DNA from: the human T2T-CHM13v2.0 reference genome, Homo sapiens
Assembly: GCF_009914755.1 (NCBI RefSeq)
Contig: NC_060925.1
Reading direction: 5' to 3' (one strand)
Length of the DNA stretch: 64,000 bases
A program made the position numbers and the translations under genes. This document shows, piece by piece, positions 18,515 to 29,927 of the stretch. The notes beneath the pieces were generated by a model. That model had not been told where the DNA came from. It saw nothing but the letters and a program-made list of their open reading frames with translations, and ran no database searches. The stretch's first letter is position 1, and each line of letters opens with the position of its first letter.

Positions 18515-19462
18515 AGAAGTTCTAGTCCCAGGCTGCACCCTGTTAAGTCAGGATTCTTCCAACTGCCACGCCATAACCCTAGACTCAAGAAAGGACACAG
18601 TCCCAGCTGTAGCCTTGGTGGAGGTTTTCTGGAAATGGACAGGTTTTTAAAATGGCGAGAACAACCAGGAGCTCAGAAATCTCCCGCCTCCCCTCCGCCC
18701 CCACCCCCGTCACCATCCACGGCCTCATTTGCATAATCCCCACAATCCAATGCAGACCCAGCTTCCCTTTGTGATATTAATTAAGAGGAGGAAAATGTCC
18801 TGGACAAGAACTGGCTCCCGTTTTTCAACCATTGTCCCTTCATGCCACTCCCCACTGCTTCATCCCTCCCAAATGTGTCATGGGTATGGTGCAGAATCGG
18901 AATTCAGAAACAAAAGGTTTGACCCGCTACCCATGTGCCCCCCATTCCTGTGTCCCCCAGGGGCTGCCTGGGCCCCTGAAGCCAATGGAAGAAGGCCTGC
19001 CCCTGCTCAGAGGCCATGGACCGATGGGTGCTGAATGCTCAAATGTGTGATAAAATAGGCCATTTGCATTTAAATATTAACCCTAGAGGAAAATAATAGA
19101 CTATTAGTTAATAAACGGAATTGACAAGCTGGCTGCATTCCAATTCCACCTCAGACAGTTGCAGTGCTCAGCTCGGCCCAGCTGTTGAGATGGTCCTAGA
19201 AAAACGGAAACCACCCGCCTTATCTCCTTGGACTCCCCTTGGGCTCCTTGTCCCAGACTTCCCAGTTGGAAATCTTAGGCCAACTGCCAATTCCACTCCA
19301 TGAGCTGGAGAACATCTCACCATCATTGCCCACTAACTTGCTGTGTGACCTTGAGTTGGTTACTTTCCTTCTCTGAGACCTAGTTTCTTCATTTATAAAA
19401 TGAGAGGGATGGAGAAGTTGATTCCAGGCTGGCTCTTCCAAATCTAAAGATTCTAGCGTTCT

Positions 19463-20710
<1,248 letters not shown>

Positions 20711-21279
20711 TAACTACAAGTCCTATTCAGGCCCCCTAAGGCTTTTGCTGGGTTCCAATAAGTCCTGATCACAAAGTAGAGATTCCTGGGTTTTGATTGC
20801 CTTATGTGTCCTTCCAAAAACTCCTTAGTCAATTTCTTGCAATCCAGAGAATCATCATGGCTCACATGTCACTACCTCCTAGAAGCCTGCCTGCTTATCA
20901 TCATGTCCTCTCCTCTCTGTCTGTCCAACCAACCAACCATCCATCCATCCATCCACGCGTCCATTTGGCAAACACTTCCAGAACGTCTTCTTTGCCTGGT
21001 CCTCTTTAAATGTGAATCAGCTAAAACCTTTCCAGAGAGCTTAGCTACACCCACACCCAGTTCCATGACTTTTTTCTTCTCACGTCCAGGGTCCTTAAAA
21101 AATGGGACCTGTGCCTTACCCTTCTGTATGTGTCCCCAACCCCAGTGCCCAGCCTAGTCTGGATCTTTTCTGTGATTGTACCCGGATAGGGGACAGCTGT
21201 CCTGGCCTTCAGAGCCTCCACACCCAGCTCACTCGCCCAGCTCCCCCACCCTGCTGCACCTCTGTTACCAGGAACCCAT

Positions 21280-21470
21280 CAAAACAGCATTATCAAACTC
21301 CAGGAGAGACGCAGATTGGGAAACGGTCGGCCAGGGGAATAGCCATAAAATTCTGTGTGCTCCTGTGGGGCGCAAAGATCAAAGTATCCCATATCAGTCT
21401 CAGTATACAACCGTAACAACATAACAACCTTTTACCTGGATACGGCACTCCACAGTTGACAGAGGTGTTT
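21280..21470. promoter_or_regulatory. Upstream enhancer candidate (about -8.4 kb) with TCF/LEF, CDX and MYB motifs
   Basis: AGATCAAAG (21376-21384), GCCATAAAA (21342-21350), CAGTTG (21453-21458) and CAACCG (21408-21413) cluster in apparently unique DNA that retains CpGs. The position agrees with my recollection of a described EPHB2 intestinal enhancer. Confidence 0.7.
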
Positions 21471-23504
21471 CCCATCTCCTGGCTTCTTTCATCTTCCAAC
21501 AGGGCCCCTGGCCACAAGGAAACTGAGGTTCAAGAAGTTACACAACCACCCAAAGCCACACAGAAAGTAAAGGGCTGAGTTGGGATTTCAACTCGTTTCT
21601 CCTGACATTAAATCCAGTGCCTTTGCAACCATATCATAGCTACAAGCTTCGGAAAGGCCTTAATCTGGGGAATTGGGAGACCTGGCTCCCAGCCCAGCAT
21701 TCAGGAGTCTGTTGAGCGACCTTAGCTAAGTCACTTCCTCTCCTGCCTGCAGTTTCCTCCACTGTAAAGTGAAAGGGCTGCCAGGCTCACAAGGTTGTTG
21801 CAAGGATTAAAGCAGATGATGGGTGGGAACAGACTGTGGAAACAGGCTACCCACTGAAGCTAGACACCCACCCACCCACCAGGAGCCTCACCTACAAGCT
21901 AGACAAGCCAGGCCCTCCCAGCTCCCAGGAGGAAGTGAGTCTTTGGCTCCACGTGGTAATGGAGCTACTGGGAGCTACATGGCTCACAGCTACTGGGTAG
22001 CATTTTACCACTTATTTCCTATGCCAAGAAGGTTCTTTGTACTGGTGGGAGAGAAGTTTCCATTCATTCTAGCAAGCAATTAGTCAGTGCCCATGTGTCA
22101 GGCCCTTTGCTGGACTTGGATTCAGGGGTGAACAGAATGTAGTCTGCCCTAGGGCAGCTTCACGTATGGATGGGGCATGAACTCGCAGGGAAAGGAAATT
22201 GACATTTCACAGGTATTCTCTAATGCCAGGTATTTTCTGTTTGTCGTTGCATGCTATGCTCATCACGAACCTATAAGGATCTGGTCCACTTGACAAATAA
22301 GGAAATTTGAGGGCTGGGTGCAGTGGCTCATGCCTGTAATTCCAGCATTTTTGGAGGCTGAGGTGGGAGGATCGCTTGAGCCCTGAAGTTTGAGGCTGCA
22401 ATGAGCTATGATCACGCCTCTGTACTCCAGCTTATGCAACAGAGTGAGACCTATCTCTAAAATAAAAAAAAAGAGAGAAAAAAACTGAGGCTTAACGAGG
22501 TTGAGTATTCTCCCTGCTCAAGATCATGCATGATTCTAACACATCCCTTCCCTAACTCCAAAGGCCACACTCTTTCTGCTCCTCAAGGCTACTTTGCAAG
22601 AACATAGGATGAAGGAAATTGAGGTGTGTGTCATCAGCAGGCTGGGGAGGTTTCCAGAAGGGGCATGGGTCTATGGAAGGATTCCTGAGGAGCTGGTCTG
22701 TGATGAGGTCTTTGGAGGATAAGCAGAATTCTGGAAGACAGGATGGGGAGAAATGTGGTCTAGCGTGAAGCTGAGCATGAGGAAAGAGTGGAGGTGAGAA
22801 AATGGAGGAGTTCCTGGAGACCTGAGGACAATGGTTTGGCTGGGGCAGAGGGTACCTGGAGGTGAACAGTGAGACAAGACTGGGAAGGTGGGCTGGGTCC
22901 CGTCCTTGAAGGGCCTCAAATGCCAGGCTAGGGAGTTTATATTTATTGCAGGGGGGAGTAGGGGGGCATTCAAGACTTGTGAGCAGGAAAGTGGCTCCAA
23001 CAAAGGGGCTTAAGGGTTAAGAGCAGAGAACCAGAGAAACAGGATGAGATTTAATAAGATTCATCCTTGTACTTTGCACTTAATTTCCCTCTGACATTAA
23101 ATAATTTAAAACACTGAACATGTACTGTGGACAAGGCCCCGTGCTTGTCCACATGGATTATCTCATTTCAGCCTCACAGCTCTAGGGGATAGGCACTATT
23201 ATTAGTCCATGTTACAGATCAGGAGACTGAGACAGAAAAGTAGACTGGCCTGAGGACTCCGTGCTTATAAGAGGTGGTGCTGGATTTGCACCCAGGCAGT
23301 CCTCTCCCCAAGCTACGACCCTTTAGAATGACAGCAGGAGGGAAGCCCTTCTCCAGAATGAAAACTCAGATGACCCCTTCCCCAGAAGGCTGGTCATGAA
23401 GTGGGGTGCAGGGCCAGGGGTCAAAAGTGGAAACCCAGGACCCCTGCACCTCTTGCCTCTGGCCACCTCCCTGATGGTTCTCCTAGAGGGTGAATTCACT
23501 TCCA

Positions 23505-23523
23505 GGACCACCAGGTGGCAGTC
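23505..23523 (+). promoter_or_regulatory. CTCF motif
   Basis: GGACCACCAGGTGGCAGTC matches the core CCASYAGRKGGCRS with no mismatch. Occupancy is unknown. Confidence 0.6.
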
Positions 23524-24287
23524 AAGAGACTGGCTAATTGGAGCTGCAGCCCAGCCCAGCCTCCTCCAGCTCTGAGTCACAAAGACCCAGGGCTGACAGT
23601 GAGGAGTCAAGCAAAGGGTGGCTTTCAGGGAACTCTCCCCTCCTGGTTGCTTCTCTCCATTCTCCCTGCAGCCTCTGTGCTCAGAGGGGCATCCAAAGTG
23701 GAGCTGGGTTCGCAGGTACCTCCAGGAGAAGTGGGAAAGCAGGAGAGTTTCTGGTTTCACGGCCCATCACCCCCCTGGAATAGTATGCAGTGGTTAGCAA
23801 TGATGTTTCCAGAGGGTTTTTAACAACCCAAGGGAATGCTCACTCCATGGTGCTGGGTGGGAAAAAATAGGACACAGCACCATACAGACAGCAAGATTAT
23901 AGTTACATGCAAAATACTTGTGCCTTAAAAAAAAAGTACCTGGATGGAAACAGATCAAAATATTAGTAGTGGCTCTCAGGCTGTGGAGATTAGAGGTGGT
24001 TTTTGTTTTCTTTCTTATCTCTTCTATATCTTCTTTATTTTTAACAATAAGTATGTGTTTCTTTTATCATAAGGTAGAAAGAAAAGATTTCTTGAAAGTG
24101 GGAAGAAAGAGGATTAGCTATCAAGGCATTTTTTTATCTTTTAAATGTAACCTCCTCCAGGAAGCTTTCTCCCCTTCTCTAAGCAGAAGTAGTGACTCCC
24201 TCCTCTGTGCCCGCAGAAGGTTTGGACAACCTCTATTAAACAGCACTTTGAGTTCCTTAGGATAACTATTGCCGTCAGTGTCTATAT

Positions 24288-24600
24288 CTGTGCTATCCAA
24301 TAATGGTAGCCACTAGCCACCAGCCACACGTGTCTATTGAATACTTGAAATGTAGCTAGTGCAAGTTGAGCTATGCTGAAATATAAAATGCATGCTACAT
24401 TGCAAAGGCTTCGTGTGAAAAAAGAATGTAAAATGGTTCATTCATTACATGCTGAAATGATAATATTTTGGATATATTGGGTTAATAAATATATTAAAAT
24501 TAACTCCATCTATTTCTTTTTCTTTTTTTTAAATATGCCTACTAGAAATGGTTTAATTATATGTGGGGCTTAGATCATATTTCTATTGGACAGTGCTGGT
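24288..24600. mobile_element. MER33/MER3-family hAT element
   Basis: ctgtgctatccaataatggtagccactagccac ... ttctattggacagtgctg termini. Confidence 0.72.
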
Positions 24601-24719
24601 TCATGAGCTTCATGAGGGTAGATCTGGGGCTCTCAACTCAGGCCCAGAAAGGGGAAGAGCCCTGTCTGAGGTCACACAGCCAACTGGTGACAGAACTAGA
24701 ATTTGAGCCATGTCTCTGT

Positions 24720-25524
24720 ACATTTATGCAGCCAATAGACACAGGAAAAAATGCTCATCATCACTGGCCATCAGAGAAATGCAAATCAAAACCACAATGA
24801 GATACCATCTATACCAGTTAGAATGGTGATCATTAAAAAGTCAGGAAACAACAGATGCTGGAGAGGATGTGGAGAAATAGGAACACTTTTACACCGTTGG
24901 TGGGACTGAAAACTAGTTCAACCATTGTGGAAGACAGTGTGGCGATTCCTCAAGGATCTAGAACTAGAAATACCATTTGACCCAGCGATCCCATTACTGG
25001 GTATATACCCAAAGGATTATAAATCGTGCTGCTATAAAGACACATGCACACATATGTTTATTGAGGCCCTATTCACAATAGCAAAGACTTGGAACCAACC
25101 CAAATGTCCATCAATGATAGACTGGATTAAGAAAATGTGGCACATAAACACCATGGAATACTATGCAGCCTTAAAAAAGGATGAGTTCATGTCCTTTATA
25201 GGGCCATGGATGAAGCTGGAAACCATCATTCTGAGCAAACTATCACAAGGGCAGAAAACCAAACACCGCATGTTCTCACTCATAGGTGGGAATGGAACAA
25301 TGAGAACACTTGGACACAGGTGGGGAACATCACACGTCAGGGCCTGTTGTGGGGTGGGGGCAGTGGGGAGGGATAGCATTAGGAGAAATACCTAATGTAA
25401 ATGACGAGTTAATGGGTGCAGCACACCAGCATGGCACATGTATACATATGTAACAAACCTGCACGTTGTGCACATGTATCCTAGAACTTAAAGCATAATA
25501 AAAAATATATATAGTAAAAAAAAA
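24720..25524 (+). mobile_element. 5'-truncated L1PA (L1PA4/5-like): ORF2 C-terminus and 3' UTR
   Basis: ORF 24925-25395 is the L1 ORF2p C-terminus (WKTVWRFLKDLELEIPFDPAIPLLGIYPK...), followed by the 3' UTR and A-tail. No TSD is visible. Confidence 0.93.
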
Positions 25525-28500
25525 GAAATTCCCCCTGGCCTGGCACTGGCTGTAGGGATGGTTTGACCCACAAATGGCCATGTGACCCCATCAAACCTGC
25601 ATCAGTCAGCAAAGCCACTGGGATGGGAGTCAGAGACTTGGGTACACAGAGAGGGGATGTCTATTCTATGTTTTCTCTGGGCTCTGCCACTCAGTGTAAC
25701 ATGTTTCCCCCCTTCAAGAGCCCCACTACCTTTCCCCTCAGGAAGAAGGAGCCTCAGGGAAAGCAAAGGGAGCCTAGAGCTCATTGGCATCCTCTGGTAT
25801 GGCTGAGATCCTCACCAAGGTCCTGTTGCCCCCACTGAATCCACGACAAAGAGAGGGCTGAAAGTGGCCTCAGAGAAACCACCTTGGCCAATGCCCTCAT
25901 TTGGCATTTGTGGCAAGTGGGGCCCAGAGACGGTGAGTACCCTGCCCAAGGTCACACAGTAAGTTAAGGGAGGGCTAGGGAGTTAAGGGAGTCAAGTTAA
26001 GGGAAGCAAGTTAAGAGAGCCCCTGGTGTCTCCATCTAGGGGCTCTAGAGGCCAGCCCAGCCCCACAGACCGGGAGGATGGTGGCATGGGTTAACACATG
26101 GGGTCCCCCAGGCCCTGCTCAGCCAAGTTCATGCTATTTCCTCTACCTCCAATCTATCCAGTCTCAACTTATAATCCTCCATGACTCCCCCATTGAGGTT
26201 AAACTACAATCCATATTCTCCCTCCCTGATGTAACCTCCTCCACGCTCCAGTTGATTGCCGTACTTCAGCTCCTATTCCCAGAGGGTACCCAGTGTGTTC
26301 CCACCTCAGGGCCTTTGCCTCTGCAGTTTCTTCCACCTGGAGCTCTCTTCCCACATGTTGGCATGGTAGACTCCTCGCTGTCCAGCTTTTAGCTGCCATG
26401 TTGCCTAAGAGGCCTTCCCTGATTCCCCTGGCCAGAGCAGCCCCCTGCCCTCCGTCAATCACTGCCCCATCACCCTGGTCATTATCTTTCTCGCACTTAC
26501 CATTATCGTTATTAGCTTGTCCCTATATAGGTCTCTCTGCAGCAGAATATAGGCTCCCAGAGAGCAGGGCCTTGTCTGGCAGGTCCACAGCTGCGTCCCT
26601 GCCTCCTCAGTGCCTGGTATGCAGGAGGTGCCCAACTAATGTTTGTCAATCAACTCTGATTGAAAGAGACCTAGACAAGACAGGTCACTGAAGCCTCACT
26701 CCAGCTGCACCAAAAACAAACAAAAAACCCCAAACCTTCCACATGTCTTTGGGCAAGTGGCCCCTCTTTGGGCCCCAATTTCCCCGTCTGAAAAATGGCG
26801 TTCCCTGGCTGCCGGGCTGGCTCGCAGGATAGGCTGGTTGAATTAGCATGAGTCGAGTTGATGGGTGTGAACGCTGCTTTGTAAACTGTTAAAGCGTGAT
26901 TGCAAATTCGAGTAGCTGTTGTCATTAGACAAATGAAGCTTAAACCGCCTCCTCCTCTGCTGAGGAGGGGATTGGGTCAGATGCTCCCTGGGGCCTCCTG
27001 CCCTGGCAGTGTACAGTATAGTTTTGCATCCAGGCACTGCCCTCATGGAGCTCACAGTCGGCTGGAGTTGTAGAGATAACGTGCAAATCAGAAACAATCC
27101 ATCAGAGAAACCAGCAATGGACCATGTGGGGCTGATTATCTTTCAGGGAACAGATAATAGGCAAATAGGTCAGTCAGAGAGGGGTGAGGCGAATGTCAAT
27201 TAAGCTCTTGGTGGGGGCTGGGGTGAGGCTGAATCCAAGTCTTTAGAGCCAAGAAGGCAACCAGGTGGAGTGCACAGCTGGGACAAAAGCACAGCTAAAG
27301 GCGGTTGCCAAGAAATCAGGGAGGAGAGCCTGGCCAGACTGCAGAACCCAGCCACCCCAAATGGGGAATAAAATACTGTTTAGAGAGAAGAGGATGTGAG
27401 AGAAGGGGAACTTAATTATGATCAGTAATTTTCTATTTTTGCCAGGTAAAGGCCCTGGATAGATGTCTATTTCATCAGATAACGTTGGGTGAGTCACTTT
27501 CCTTTTTAGGCCTCAGTTTCCTTATCTGTGAAATAGCCTGTGGGAAGAGCCCTGAGCTCTGTGCTTCTGTGAAAGGTACAAGGAGGTCAGCACTGGGGTC
27601 GGACGGACATGGGGTTGAATCCTAGCCCAATTTGCCATGTGACTTTGGACAAATTACTTATCTGGTCCTCAGTTTCATCATGTGAAAAGATCAGCACCTG
27701 GTGCACAGAGTAGGAAAGATTAAGGGGGACAAGAAATAAACAAAGCCCAGCCTAGTGCCTGGTACCATGTCCTCAATAAAGCAGAGTCACTGGTCTTCCT
27801 ATTTTGAGACAAAAAGGAAGTAACCACTGGCCCTGGGTAGGTGGAGTCAAGGGTCCCAGGAAATAGAAACAAAGCAAAAAAGCTGAATCTGCACAGTACA
27901 TAATAGGTGCTCAATAATGACTTCTTGAATTTGGAAGTGTCTAGCACCTGGATGCACTGGAGGGGGCCAGAGCTTAGAGCTGCTCTGTCCAGGAGAGGGA
28001 GGATTGCCTCAAGATGGGCCAAGCTTGGGGTCCCTCAAACCCTGGGTCTCCTGGAAGGTCTGACAGGCAAGAACTGAAAATAAAGGCTAGCCCCACCCCA
28101 GTGGATCTTGACCCTGGTGAGGGGTCTGTAGACTTAAAAGGGGGAATCTTTCGTTTCTCCTCTCTCCCTGCTCACTCAAATAGGAACGGTAGTGGCTCTG
28201 CCAGCCCCACCCCACTGGCTCTTGACCCTGGTGAGGGGTCTGTAGGCTTAATAGGGGGAAATCTCCTGTTTCTCTTCTCTCCCTGCTCACTCCTGTTCTG
28301 TCTCCCTCCCAGGCTGCCTCCTCCTGGTGGCCTTCCAGGATGACACCCATTTCAACTGGACTCTTGGAGCTTCAAGAGACGACCCAACTTTCCAAACCTT
28401 AGATGGATTCCCAAAGCCTGTGGTACCCCATTTTCTTGGTATGGACTGAAGGGGAGGGATTGCTGGGACATTTTGATAGTATGTGGGACAAAGGGACACA

Positions 28501-29721
28501 GGAGATGTGGGTAGCATAGACTTAAACTGCCTTCGACTTAAACCACCTGCTCCTGCACTGGGCTCCTCCACTCACTCCACAGAGTTCCGAGCTCCTGATG
28601 AAGTCTCCTCAGTCAGGAGTGGGCTCCCAACCGCCAGGGGTTCAGCCTGGGTGATTGCCGCAGGCCCCCTGCAGCCGCCCACCATCCAGACTTCAGTAAA
28701 GTCTGTTAATGATGATGGTGATGAAGGCTGTCAGAGCAGGGCAGGGCCCACAGGGTTGGGGCTAGGGTTGTGTTCTCCCTGAAGGGACGGCCATGCACAA
28801 AACCACGGCTGCACAGACAGGTCCATTCCACAGCGTGGGGGTGGCTGGGGCTTTCCCCAGATTCACCCATGGACTTCCTTCACCCCATCCCCAAACTGCA
28901 CTGGGAGCAAGATCAACAGAGAAGGAGAAATCTAATACAGACATAGACGAGTCTGCAGTGAGGGGCTCGCGGGCCAGCTCAGAACAACGGGGCAGGGAGG
29001 GGAGGCCTGGGGTCTGCCTGCAAGGGCCCAGCCCACCAGTGCCGAGTGACCACCCTCCCCCCAGCCCCACCCCAGGCCCTCGGGTAGCGCCAAGGCCCAG
29101 TCTCCCACTCGGAGGCCCCGGCCCAGCCCCGGTGCCTGGGAAAGCCGCCTGTTTTGTTCCCAGATGCCACCCCCCCACACACACCCTTTTTTTTTTTTTC
29201 CATTCATTGCAGTTCGGTCCCTTTCGAAGCCGCAGGGACCCGGGTGGCAGGGCTGAGGCGAGGGGGTGGGACTCCCTGCCCTGACAGGTAGTGCCGGCCC
29301 CCGCTTTGGGAAGCCCCTTCCCCCGCCCTCCCCTCCGTCCGCTCTCCCTGCCCCTGTCAGCCGCGCCAGACGCTCTCCGGCTTTGCAGCATTCAATAAAA
29401 ATTGAGAAACATTTGGGCTGAAATCGCTGCTTTATCTGGAGGAGCCACAGCGCCGGGAGAGACCACTGCTGCGCGGGGGGAGCCCGGGGTCTCAGTGGCC
29501 CGGGCACGCGGGGTCGCCGCGCTCCAGCGCCCGCGCTGCCCCCGGGTGACCCTACGGGCGCGGTGTGGGGACCCGGGCTCGCGGCGGCGCGCGGCCGCCG
29601 GGGGCCGGGACGCGCGCGGGGGGCGGTGGCCTGGCGAGGCTCCCCCCGCGCCCGCGGCTCAGGTGGGCCGTGCCCAGCGCTGGCGGAGCCCGGGTCCCCG
29701 TTCTGCCCGGGCTGGATGGCT

Positions 29722-29866
29722 CATTCTGCTGGCTGCGCGGTGGCGGCGGCTGTGTGTGCGCCGCGCCTTGCCGCCCCCCCTGGCCCCCCGAGCCCGGGGC
29801 GCGCGCTCCCGCCCGGGCCGTCCGGGCCCCGCGGCGCCGCGGCCCGAGGCCCGGGGAAGCGCAGCC
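29722..29866 (+). other. EPHB2: EPHB2 exon 1 5' UTR (approximate 5' end)
   Basis: GC-rich leader directly before the ATG. The start near tCAttctgctggc is initiator-like and matches my recollection of the mRNA 5' end; the TSS cannot be fixed from sequence alone. Confidence 0.65.
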
Positions 29867-29927
29867 ATGGCTCTGCGGAGGCTGGGGGCCGCGCTGCTGC
29901 TGCTGCCGCTGCTCGCCGCCGTGGAAG
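29867..29927 (+). CDS. EPHB2: EPH receptor B2, coding part of exon 1 (signal peptide; phase-1 intron follows)
   Basis: gcagccATGG strong Kozak context at 29867. Translation MALRRLGAALLLLPLLAAVE matches the EPHB2 N-terminus I recognise. The 61 coding nt end at a canonical donor GAAG|GTGAGC (29927/29928), inside a CpG island. Confidence 0.97.

Noticed and set aside
24925-25395. 156-aa ORF as a host gene
   Set aside because: It is the C-terminus of L1 ORF2p from a 5'-truncated copy; the same applies to 17908-18099.
25961-26018. Four copies of agttaag(g/a)ga, superficially telomere-like
   Set aside because: Irregularly spaced, not TTAGGG, and probably local slippage beside a MIR fragment.
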